A stretch of 64,000 bases of DNA from Anaerolineales bacterium (GCA_016928575.1 JAFGKK010000068.1:26319-90318), one strand, 5' to 3'. Shown: positions 9,601-17,518, counted from the first letter of the stretch. A program made the numbers and translations. The notes: generated from the sequence alone by a model not told the origin.

Positions 9601-10685
9601 AGCCTTCCACAGCACCGCCGCCGGGCCGGACCGGCACCGGAACACAGCTGCCGACTTGGCTGGATGCCCAAAAACCGGGCGCCTCCGACACCGTCGTCCG
9701 TTGGATGGACAAGCGGGAGACCGGGTCGCTGAGGAAGACACCAACCGCGACCTTTTCATCCGTCTCTAAAGCTGCAGCCATTGCGAGAGGGGAATCCCTC
9801 CCTCCGTCTGCGGAGACGCCGGCCAAAAGCGAAGCACCGGCGCCGGTATCCGGGTCGGAGGATACCGTCACCTCAAAGAGGTCACCTGTCGAAAGCACGC
9901 CGGTCCAGGCGCAACCGGCCGCCGCTGTTCCATTCCCTGCGCCGGTTCCGCCGAAACCGCCGGCGGAACCGAGAATTCCCAAACCGGCCCAGGCCGAGGC
10001 GACTGTGTCTACGGCCGGCACGGCCGCCGGCGAAGATGATGAGGGGGAATTCGTTCCGCCGCCGGAATGGCTGCAGAAAGCCTTGGGAAGCGCCGTGGCG
10101 GACGTGCCGCCCATTCCAAAGAAACAAACCGGCAACCTCAAACCCGGGACCGTATCCCCGGTTTCCGCGTCCACTCCGAAGAGCATGTCCCGCCCCGCGG
10201 CGCCGCCGGAGAAATCCGTTGCCGCGGTTTCCCCGCCACCCGCCGAAGTGACTCGCAAGACCGTTCCGGCCGAAGAATCGGAGCCCGCCGCCGTCGCCAG
10301 ACCCGGCGCTTGGGTTCCGTTGGCCCCGCAGGCGGCAACAGCTCCGACTGCACCCGAACCGGCGCCTGCGGCCGCCAAACCCGAAAAAGCCGCAAAGAAA
10401 TCCTCCCGAAAGAAGGCTCGGAAAATTACCGCCGTGGAAGCGGAAGCGATCATCCGCGAAGCCCGCATCTATCTGGAAACCGATTTGCAGAAAGCATCCG
10501 AGGCGTATCAGCAAGTGATCGAGGATCCCGAACGCGCAGAGATCGTCGCGGGAGACCTGACGACCTATCTGGAGCAGGATCCGGCGTCGCCCCAGCTCTG
10601 GAACCTTCTGGGAGATGCTTGCAGCCGCGCCGGCCGCCTGCAAGACGCCTACCGGGCTTATGCGGAAGCCTTGCGCCGGATGTAG
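6624..10685 (+). CDS. Giant TPR-flanked low-complexity protein with repeated PDWL-type motifs
   Basis: 1353-aa ORF with a GAAGGA RBS. The N-terminal ~235 aa and C-terminal ~90 aa are TPR-like helical repeats. The centre is Pro/Ala/Ser/Glu-rich with recurring [ILMV]P[DE]W[LIM]. No signal peptide or TM helix is visible. Confidence 0.85.
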   Translation: MTEIALRAYNQEIKDLIDHGHFDEAIAHCQHVLESFPRHIETYRLLGKAFLEQGRHGDAADVFQRVLSAIPEDWLSHVAMAIVREDESNLDMAIWHMERAYEVNPSNPTVQQEVRRLRGRRDGVEPPKLRLTRSALARMYIKGGLYGQAIAEIRGALSEDPDRPDLQVLLASALYDSGAIQEAADLCNTLLQKLPYCLEANRILGLVLLATDKAEDAEKLFQRIESLDPHIDIEILKKDKRIAEHPGQMVSLSRLEYEGQEKTVRTKQQPSWASSLGLKIEEPQQKQAIPDWLAAASQSSAASPSTPKPAESSAESAAAIPSWLEQASAAVTPPVPSGPSIGTPAEPPIPIARTATGELPDWIQKQAIPAETPPERTSSPLPDWLSAAAAPPETASPVSATATGDALPDWLAAAAAAPMADQPVEPKAPAGTAEQATGNALPDWIKTSSLTSEPPKEKISDIPDWLSTPPPPAVDALPPTSLPEWSRPETKTGPLEIESGNIPDWLSSSQPTSSGVAPEQEWMKEAPKPPSDAMPEWMKGVSPAEPQASVQPSGEDVPDWLRETTAPAAKPVELVPEWMRGEASAPAASPPKKSAGKMPPPEEDIPEWMKPEPSEVPVLPPSKPIFGAKTEPPAEAPSAPPSAPTPAASAPEVDLPDWMKAASSPEPAAEKPREAEPEAAPAEEIPDWLKGAAPSGIQPAAMPVEGAESPAAAEERPPAEPVPDVDMPDWLKAVPARPPAPVEAKPSVEAPVQTAPAVEIPDWLKGGPSAAAAESGQPKAPAEVPAGAEPEVELPDWLRDASSVPASGAVAATPVVTPSSPPSEAVASAEAPETPFISQKSAPPKPPQTLPGQAAEEPGPAHATPTAKDGIDLPDWLVTQLQGKPNAAEAAPAAAKAEAPLPDWLRPANSGAAAPVVDWEKAASQPLPAAPVDATRPAKPAEEKPAGGAAQVPGWLDKSKPTGSDTVARWLDRRLKTSTLSSLDEAVLKSGVKPSTAPPPGRTGTGTQLPTWLDAQKPGASDTVVRWMDKRETGSLRKTPTATFSSVSKAAAIARGESLPPSAETPAKSEAPAPVSGSEDTVTSKRSPVESTPVQAQPAAAVPFPAPVPPKPPAEPRIPKPAQAEATVSTAGTAAGEDDEGEFVPPPEWLQKALGSAVADVPPIPKKQTGNLKPGTVSPVSASTPKSMSRPAAPPEKSVAAVSPPPAEVTRKTVPAEESEPAAVARPGAWVPLAPQAATAPTAPEPAPAAAKPEKAAKKSSRKKARKITAVEAEAIIREARIYLETDLQKASEAYQQVIEDPERAEIVAGDLTTYLEQDPASPQLWNLLGDACSRAGRLQDAYRAYAEALRRM
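7488..10075 (+). repeat. In-frame array of about 27 short [ILMV]P[DE]W[LIM] motifs (18 strict, about 9 degenerate) at irregular 20-60 aa spacing
   Basis: Examples are IPDWL, LPDWI, LPDWL, MPEWM, VPDWL, IPEWM, LPDWM and MPDWL. At the DNA level the 9-mer CCGGATTGG recurs at least ten times (for example near 7491, 7701, 7766, 7846, 7939, 8011, 8295, 8590, 9006, 9243). Confidence 0.9.
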
Positions 10686-10765
10686 CCGCGCTGAATTGCT
10701 GATTGCGCTCCGCCGCCCGCCAATTCTCCGATTTCGCCCCCGCTCGATATCGAATTGAGGTAGCC

Positions 10766-12208
10766 GTGAACATACGCCGCCTGGTGATTACCGTCGTTTT
10801 TCTAGGTCTGCTGTATATGGCCGCCCGGCCGATGATCGACACGGACACCTGGTGGCACCTGCGGACCGGGCAATGGATCCTGGAAAACCGGGCTCTGCCG
10901 CAAGTGGATCGGTTCTCCTTTTCACGGGACGGCGAACCGTGGTACTACCCGGGCTGGCTGGCGGAAATACTCATGGCCAAGGTGCACGCGCTGGGCGGCT
11001 TGGCGGGGTTGAATCTCCTGTTCGGCGGCGTACTGGTTTTGGCTTTTCTCGTCATCCATCTCACCATGGAAGGGAATCCCTTCCTGCGCGGCGCGGTTTT
11101 TATCCTGGCCGCGGGCGCATCCGAAATTTATTGGAATGCGCGTCCGCAACTGTTCACATTTCTGTTCACCGCCTGCTTTTACCTTTGCCTGCGGCGGTAT
11201 CTTTGGGGCAGACGGAACGCACTATGGGTTCTGCCCCTGATCATGGTCCTGTGGGTCAATATCCACGCCGGGTTTGCAGTTGGGTTCATTCTTTTGCTTG
11301 TTGCGGTTTTCGGGCAGGGGTTGCATTTCCTGGCGCAAGGCGCCTCCCGGCCTCCCGAGACGGGCCGGAAGCTGGCCTGGCTGGTCGGAACGCTTGCGGC
11401 GTGCCTGGCTGCGGCCGCCGTCAATCCGCATGGAATAACCATCCTCGCCTACCCGTTTAAGACCGTATCGATCCAATTCCTACAGAGATTCATCCAGGAA
11501 TGGCAGTCGCCCGATTTCCATTACCTGGAAGCCCAGCTGTTCCTGATCCTCTTTTTTGCGGCGTGGGCCGCGGTCGTTTTCTCCCCCGAGAAGATGGATG
11601 TCCGCGATTTTTGTTTCCTCGCGTTTATCGGCTATATGGGTTTTCTGGCCTGGCGGAACACCAATTTGCTTTCCATCGTCGCTCCGGCCGTCATCATGAA
11701 ATACGCCCAGCCCATCGTGGACCGTCTTTTCCCAGGCTGGGATCCGGACCATGCCGTATCGAAACTGCAGTCCGCCGTCCACATCGCGGCGGCCGCCTGC
11801 CTGACCGTCGCGGTTCTGTTTCTCGGAGCCGCATCGCTTTCACCGGAATCCATCCAAACGGCCATCCGCCGGCAGGTGCCGGTTGACGCCGTCTCCTATT
11901 TGGCGGAAAATCCGGTGCAAGGCAGGATGTTCAATTCCTACAACTTCGGTTCTTATCTGTTGTGGTATCTGCCCGGAATCCCGGTGTTTGTGGACGGCAG
12001 GACGGACCTCTACGATGACGAAATCCTGAGTCAATACCTCACGGTCATTCATGCGCGGGAAGGCTGGCGCGAGATCATGGAACAATGGCGGATTGAAGTA
12101 GTGTTTGTCGAAGTCACCGCCCCGATCCGGCAGGTTCTACTTTCTGAGGGATGGACGGTTTTGTATCAGGACGATAAAGCCGTCATCCTCGTCTTGCCCG
12201 GAGGCTGA
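10766..12208 (+). CDS. Polytopic membrane protein, putative GT-C-like glycosyltransferase
   Basis: GTG start at 10766 after a GAGG RBS (the track start at 10703 is less likely). Multiple TM helices are present. The first-loop acidic motif is MIDTDTWWHLRTG. The C-terminal domain is soluble. Confidence 0.6.
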   Translation: MNIRRLVITVVFLGLLYMAARPMIDTDTWWHLRTGQWILENRALPQVDRFSFSRDGEPWYYPGWLAEILMAKVHALGGLAGLNLLFGGVLVLAFLVIHLTMEGNPFLRGAVFILAAGASEIYWNARPQLFTFLFTACFYLCLRRYLWGRRNALWVLPLIMVLWVNIHAGFAVGFILLLVAVFGQGLHFLAQGASRPPETGRKLAWLVGTLAACLAAAAVNPHGITILAYPFKTVSIQFLQRFIQEWQSPDFHYLEAQLFLILFFAAWAAVVFSPEKMDVRDFCFLAFIGYMGFLAWRNTNLLSIVAPAVIMKYAQPIVDRLFPGWDPDHAVSKLQSAVHIAAAACLTVAVLFLGAASLSPESIQTAIRRQVPVDAVSYLAENPVQGRMFNSYNFGSYLLWYLPGIPVFVDGRTDLYDDEILSQYLTVIHAREGWREIMEQWRIEVVFVEVTAPIRQVLLSEGWTVLYQDDKAVILVLPGG

Positions 12209-12220
12209 ACCTCCCCGGCC

Positions 12221-13840
12221 ATGACCCCCCAAACCCGATCGGCCTCCGCGTGGCGCGGGTTCCTCTTGCTCCTGCTTCTGCTGACGGCTTCGGCGGCGGC
12301 GTGGATGGAAGCCTTCTTCATCCGCCGGCCCGGAACGATGGATGCCTGCTACTACTACAGCGGCGGCGTGAACCTCGTCCGCGGAACGGGTTGGCAGGAG
12401 TTTTTTTTATGGAACTACTTGGATGAGGAGGCTGAGATTCCTTACCCCGCCTACCAATACTGGATGCCGCTCGCTTCATTCGTCGCGGCGGCGGGGATGG
12501 GATTGTTGGGGGAGGGCTTCCGGCAAGCCCAGGCGCCGTTGTTGCTTCTCGCCGTATCCTTCCCCTGGCTGGCCTTCCTCACGGGCAAGCAGTTGACCGG
12601 TTCTTTCCGGGTCGGCATCCTCGCCGGTTTTTTCGCGATCGGTTCGGGTTTCTACACCGTCTACTGGTTGAATACCGAGAGTTTTCTGATTTATGCGTGG
12701 ATTGGAGGTTTGACCCTCCTGCTGGCCGCCCGGTCAGGCCGATCGCAAACCCGCCGGCGTGTTTTTCTGATCGGCGCACTGTGCGGATTGGCGCATCTTG
12801 CCCGAGCGGACGGCATCCTCTTGTTGGGAGTGGCCGCCATCCTAATCCTGGCAGACGGTTGCTTTTCCTACCCGGCCCGCGCCGGCCGGACCTGTCTTCT
12901 AGCGGCCGGGTATTTCCTCACCAGCGGAATCTGGTATCTCCGCAACCTGCGGGTATGGGGAAGCCCGTTTCCTCCCGGCACGGGAAAGGCGTTTTTCCTC
13001 AACGAATACAACGACCTTTTCCGATACCCCTCCGCCGATCTCACCCTGGAGCGATTCCTCTCCGCCGGCTTGGAGGATATGCTGGCCGCGCGCTGGGAGG
13101 CGTTTCAGGCCAACCTGACCACGACGGTTTTCGTACTCGGCTTGGTTTTTTTGTTCCCGCTAATGGCCTGGGGTGCGTATCTCCTCAGGCGCAAATCCGA
13201 AATCCGGACCGCTGCCGGTTATCTGCTGATTCTTTTTTTCCTGATGACCGCGGTATATCCGTTCCAAGGGTCGCGCGGCGGTTTTCTCCATTCATCTGCG
13301 GCGCTGATTCCGGCGGCGGCGGCGGCGGCGGCGTTGGGTTTGGAGGACGTTGTCGAACGGCTGATTCGCTGGAGGAAATGGGAAGCGGTTTCCGCACGCG
13401 CTTTCCTGGGAGCCGGCATGGCCGGTTTGGCGCTTTCTGCCAGCGCATTCATCTATTACAGCCGCGTGGTCGGCTCGGCGTCCGGAGGGTCCGCTTGGGA
13501 TGGATTGAACGTCCAATACGTAATGGGTGTCTCCCGCTTGGAACCGGTGCCGCCCGGAACCATCCGGTTCATGGTCAACAATCCGCCGTGCTTCTATGTT
13601 CGGACGGGGTATCCGGGCCTACCGGTGCCGGCAGGGGATTCCACAATGCTTCTCGAAGCCGCCGACCGATATGGAGTCCGTTTTGTCGTGTTGGACGGAA
13701 ACGCTCCGGAAGGACTGCAGTCCCTGTACCGGGGTACGGACTCGCATCCGCGGCTGAGGCGGATTTTCAGCTTGGAGTACGACGGCATGGAGTATGTGTG
13801 GTTTGAAGTGATCCCCGCCGCTCCGGGAACGGATTCATGA
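12221..13840 (+). CDS. Polytopic membrane protein, GT-C/GT39-like glycosyltransferase
   Basis: More than 10 hydrophobic helices. The first loop reads PGTMDACYYYSGG. The C-terminal domain is soluble. The gene starts 13 nt after the previous gene. Confidence 0.6.
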   Translation: MTPQTRSASAWRGFLLLLLLLTASAAAWMEAFFIRRPGTMDACYYYSGGVNLVRGTGWQEFFLWNYLDEEAEIPYPAYQYWMPLASFVAAAGMGLLGEGFRQAQAPLLLLAVSFPWLAFLTGKQLTGSFRVGILAGFFAIGSGFYTVYWLNTESFLIYAWIGGLTLLLAARSGRSQTRRRVFLIGALCGLAHLARADGILLLGVAAILILADGCFSYPARAGRTCLLAAGYFLTSGIWYLRNLRVWGSPFPPGTGKAFFLNEYNDLFRYPSADLTLERFLSAGLEDMLAARWEAFQANLTTTVFVLGLVFLFPLMAWGAYLLRRKSEIRTAAGYLLILFFLMTAVYPFQGSRGGFLHSSAALIPAAAAAAALGLEDVVERLIRWRKWEAVSARAFLGAGMAGLALSASAFIYYSRVVGSASGGSAWDGLNVQYVMGVSRLEPVPPGTIRFMVNNPPCFYVRTGYPGLPVPAGDSTMLLEAADRYGVRFVVLDGNAPEGLQSLYRGTDSHPRLRRIFSLEYDGMEYVWFEVIPAAPGTDS

Positions 13841-15324
13841 AGCGCCTTTTGCGCGTCGCGGCTTGGGGATGCCTCTGGTTGGCCGGGCCGGCCTTGTTCC
13901 TAGTTCGGGAACAAGCCGGCGGGGTATCCGGATTTCCGCTGGATGACGCGTGGATTCACCAAACCTATGCCCGTTCCCTGGCCGGAGGCTTGGGGTGGTC
14001 CTACGCCGGCGGGCCGCAGTCCGCAGGATCCACTTCGCCTTTGTGGACTCTTTTGCAGGTTCCCGCATTTTGGTTTTCCCTGCCGCCCAAAGTCTGGAGC
14101 AGTGTGTTGGGCATCGTTCTGCTGGCCGCCAACGCCGGACTGATCGGGCTGTGGATCCGACGAATCGACCGCGGAGCCTCCCGTTTGGCGTTTTTTTTCT
14201 GCTTGGCGGAATGGCACCTGGTATGGGCGGCGCTGTCCGGAATGGAAACCGTCCTGTTTTGCACCTGGATTTCCGCAATCCTTTTCCTTTTCTTTCCGGT
14301 GCATGATGACCGGGGCGGACAATCCCAATTCCCGCTGGCGGCTGCGGCGATGGGTGCGCTTTCGGGCATGGGCGTATGGATTCGGCCGGAGGCGCTTCTG
14401 CTTACCGGACTGGCAGGGCTCGCCGCGGCGATCCAATGGCGGCCGGTTTCGGCCGGGAAGGCGGCGGGTTACCTGGCGGGCGCGGCGATGCCGATTTTTC
14501 TATACGCGGCCTTGGAGTATTCCCTGAACGGACGCATGCTGCCGAACACCTATTTCGTAAAAACCGTGGAATATACATCTTTGACCTCGACCACGATCCT
14601 GATCCGTTTGCTGCAGCCGTGGATCCCGCTGCTCGCGGGGCCGATCGCCGTCCTGGCATTCTTCCTGCCGAGCGGGGCGCTGGGAGTGCTCCGCGGGCGC
14701 GGGGCGGTGTGGGGGTTGCCTTTGCTCTGGGCGGTTGCCCATCTCGCCCTGTATGCCGTGCAGCTTCCGGCGACCTACCAGCACGGGCGCTATTTCATCC
14801 CCGTCCTTCCGGTCCTGATCGCGTACGGCACAGTTGGAGGCCACCGCTTATGGAAAAAACACTCCTCCGCGGGAGCCGGACGGATTGCCGTTCGCACGCT
14901 GTCGATCAGCGCGGCGGGACTGGCGGCCGCCTTCTTATGGATCGGCGCCGGACAATTCGCGGAAGACGTCCGCCTGATCGAATCCGAAATGGTCGCGGCA
15001 TCGGTCTGGATCCGCGACCACATGCCGCCGGAAACGGTGGTGGCCGCCCACGATATCGGCGCGCTGGGATTCTTCGGCGGCAGGAGAATCCTGGACTTGG
15101 GGGGGGTGACCGACCTGGGCGCCGTGAACCTTCTGGCGGGGAAGATCAGCCTCCGCGAATACCTGGAACGGGGGGAGGCCGATCTGCTGATGACCATGCC
15201 GGATTTTTACCCCGGTGAATTGGACTCCTGCACGCCGTTGGAGGGGTTTTCCGGCGGAATTCCCGCGGCGGAATCAAGCCGGCGCACTCGGATTTACCTC
15301 TGGCGGGAGGCTTGCGCATGGTGA
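13837..15324 (+). CDS. Polytopic membrane protein, GT-C-like glycosyltransferase (DD first-loop motif)
   Basis: Its start overlaps the upstream stop by 4 nt (ATGA). The first loop reads FPLDDAWIHQTYARS. Multiple TM helices are followed by a soluble C-terminal domain. Confidence 0.6.
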   Translation: MKRLLRVAAWGCLWLAGPALFLVREQAGGVSGFPLDDAWIHQTYARSLAGGLGWSYAGGPQSAGSTSPLWTLLQVPAFWFSLPPKVWSSVLGIVLLAANAGLIGLWIRRIDRGASRLAFFFCLAEWHLVWAALSGMETVLFCTWISAILFLFFPVHDDRGGQSQFPLAAAAMGALSGMGVWIRPEALLLTGLAGLAAAIQWRPVSAGKAAGYLAGAAMPIFLYAALEYSLNGRMLPNTYFVKTVEYTSLTSTTILIRLLQPWIPLLAGPIAVLAFFLPSGALGVLRGRGAVWGLPLLWAVAHLALYAVQLPATYQHGRYFIPVLPVLIAYGTVGGHRLWKKHSSAGAGRIAVRTLSISAAGLAAAFLWIGAGQFAEDVRLIESEMVAASVWIRDHMPPETVVAAHDIGALGFFGGRRILDLGGVTDLGAVNLLAGKISLREYLERGEADLLMTMPDFYPGELDSCTPLEGFSGGIPAAESSRRTRIYLWREACAW

Positions 15325-15406
15325 GGCGCAGAGCGGAGGGGCCGCGGATTCGCCCGCATGTTTGCCAAGCCACAGGGGTAATGCTATACTTTCGTGCGGG
15401 AGTTCC

Positions 15407-16132
15407 ATGACCGATATTAGAATCGTACTCATCGACGATCATCCGCTTTACCGCGAGGGCGTGAAGAAAGCCATCACGTCTTTTTCGGATTTGACCATCG
15501 TGGGCGAAGCCGGAAACGGACACGACGGGCTGGACTTGCTCCGCAACACCCGTCCGGACGTTGCGATCCTCGACGTCAATCTCCCGGATGAAAACGGCCT
15601 GCAGATCGCCCGGCGGGCGGGATCCGAGATGCCCGACATAAAAATCGTCCTCCTGACGGGCTACACGGATTGCGAGCAGCCGCTGCACGCCTTTCGAGCG
15701 GGCGCCCGGGCGTATTGCTCCAAGGACATCGAACATGAACAGCTGGCGGAAATCATCCGGATCGTCGCCTCGGGAAAATGGGTGTACGAGGGCCGGATCA
15801 TGGACGCCAAGGAAAAGCAGGCCTGGTTGGACGATCAGATGGCCGGGCTCAAGACGGAAACCGGTTCCGAGGATCTTTTCGCCCCCTTGACCCAACGGGA
15901 ATCCGAGATCCTCAACCTGGTGGCACGCGGATTGACCAACAAACAAATCGGATACCTGCTGGGAATCAGCGAGCAAACGGTTAAAAACCACCTCACTTCG
16001 CTGCTGCGGAAGATCGGCGCCAGCGACCGGACCCAAGCCGTGGTCTACGCGCTAAAGCACGGGTGGATCCGCCTCCCGGAAGGAAACGAAACATCGGAAC
16101 CATCCTCCCTACCGTTCTCCAAAGAGGAATGA
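15407..16132 (+). CDS. Response regulator, NarL/LuxR (DegU-like) family
   Basis: ATG at 15407 gives MTDIRIVLIDDHPLYREG. The receiver Asp lies in VAILDVNLPDENG. The C-terminal LuxR HTH reads LTQRESEILNLVARGLTNKQIG. The track start at 15215 is an upstream extension. Confidence 0.85.
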   Translation: MTDIRIVLIDDHPLYREGVKKAITSFSDLTIVGEAGNGHDGLDLLRNTRPDVAILDVNLPDENGLQIARRAGSEMPDIKIVLLTGYTDCEQPLHAFRAGARAYCSKDIEHEQLAEIIRIVASGKWVYEGRIMDAKEKQAWLDDQMAGLKTETGSEDLFAPLTQRESEILNLVARGLTNKQIGYLLGISEQTVKNHLTSLLRKIGASDRTQAVVYALKHGWIRLPEGNETSEPSSLPFSKEE

Positions 16133-16144
16133 TCAGGGCCGCCC

Positions 16145-17203
16145 ATGACGAAAGAGTCCAAAACCCCGGAGCCCGCGGATCTGGAAAAAGAAACCCTGTC
16201 CGTAGACGATCTCGTCCCCTTGATCGGATCGCAATTGGACGAGATAAAAACCCAGTCGAAAGAAATCCGGTCGCTGATAAGTCAAAGCCGCAGCGAAGTA
16301 GAAAAAATGAAGATGCGGCAGGCTTCCGAGGCCATGCGGCTGAAGCAGATCCAATCCTCCTTCGATTCCGTGCCCCGGGAGGACATCCGCAAGGCGTATG
16401 AATCCTCGATGGACACCCAACAACGCCTGTTCGCCATGAGCGGACAACTGGAGCGCCTGCAAGCCCAGCAAGGGGTCCTCGACCAATTCGCTTCCTTCCT
16501 TGAAAAAATCCACGAAACCCTGCGGATCAGCCAGCCGGATGCGGCCGCCGGCCCGGCGCCGAAATCGGTCGTCGTCCGGGTGGTGGAAGCCCAGGAGGAG
16601 GAGCGCAAGCGGCTTTCGCGGCAGATGCACGACGGACCGGCGCAAGTCCTATCCAACTTCATCCTCCAGGCGGAAATTGCCGCGCGGCTGTTCGAAATGG
16701 ATCCGGTCCGCGCCAAAGAGGAACTGAACAACCTGAAAGCCACCGCCAACTCCGCCTTCCAGAGGGTCCGCAATTACATTTTCGAACTGCGTCCAATGAT
16801 GCTCGACGATCTAGGGCTTGTCCCGACGTTGAGAAAGTATCTGGACAGCATCAAAGAACAGGGACAACAGGAGATAACCTTCGTGTTCACGGGAACCGAA
16901 CGCCGGATGCCGAGCCACATTGAAGTGGTTACGTTCCGGGCGATCCAGGAATTGGTAGCCCTGGCCCGCGATGAGGCCGAGGCGGGAAAAATCAAAGTCT
17001 CGGTGGATCTGGACGACGTGCGGGTGAAGACGGTTTTGGAAAACGACGGGAAAATCCTGGAAGAAAAAAGCAGCGGAGAGGAAGATCCGCATGGTTTAAA
17101 GTCGTTGCGGGAGAGGGTGGAAATGCTGGGTGGGTCGTTCGATTACGCATCCCAGGCGGGGCAGGGCACATACACCGCGATCGAACTTCCCGCGGGAGAA
17201 TAA
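16145..17203 (+). CDS. Cytoplasmic sensor histidine kinase, HisKA_3 (DegS/NarX-type)
   Basis: The H-box is EEERKRLSRQMHDGPAQ and a C-terminal HATPase region is present. There is no TM helix. The N-terminal region looks like a coiled coil. Confidence 0.85.
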   Translation: MTKESKTPEPADLEKETLSVDDLVPLIGSQLDEIKTQSKEIRSLISQSRSEVEKMKMRQASEAMRLKQIQSSFDSVPREDIRKAYESSMDTQQRLFAMSGQLERLQAQQGVLDQFASFLEKIHETLRISQPDAAAGPAPKSVVVRVVEAQEEERKRLSRQMHDGPAQVLSNFILQAEIAARLFEMDPVRAKEELNNLKATANSAFQRVRNYIFELRPMMLDDLGLVPTLRKYLDSIKEQGQQEITFVFTGTERRMPSHIEVVTFRAIQELVALARDEAEAGKIKVSVDLDDVRVKTVLENDGKILEEKSSGEEDPHGLKSLRERVEMLGGSFDYASQAGQGTYTAIELPAGE

Positions 17204-17489
17204 ACATCCCGCCGCGGCGGGCAAGAAGGCGCGCGCCCCAGTGGTTTTGCGATCTAAAACACCGGAAATATTTCGACCGGTTGTTATTAATACCGCTGGC
17301 TTTGCCGGCCGGTATCGACAATTCCGGAAAATCAAGAAATCGATCTCGGCATACTTCCGACGTTTGTTTCGGGAATTGCGACTTTCCCGAGGGATGCTTT
17401 CGTTCATCTAGTACTAAAGTCTTTCTCGCAGAGAAAGAGTATTCTCCGCCACAAGCCGCCGAATAGCGCCCTCGGCAAGTATTCCGCAA

Positions 17490-17518
17490 TTTACCTTCCA
17501 AACCGGGGAAGGTATAAT
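17490..17518 (+). promoter_or_regulatory. Candidate promoter for the flp pilin gene (TTTACC -17 nt- TATAAT)
   Basis: Perfect TATAAT at 17513-17518, 42 nt upstream of the flp ATG, with TTTACC at 17490-17495. The local region is AT-rich. Confidence 0.5.

Noticed and set aside
7488-10075. Possibility that the recurring CCGGATTGG 9-mers are a CRISPR or other non-coding repeat array
   Set aside because: The repeats are only 9-15 nt, irregularly spaced and always in the same reading frame encoding PDW. This is a coding motif array, not a CRISPR.
8879-10468. 529-aa antisense ORF opposite the giant repeat gene
   Set aside because: It is the Ala/Gly/Ser-rich mirror of a low-complexity GC-rich gene, with no start context or motifs.
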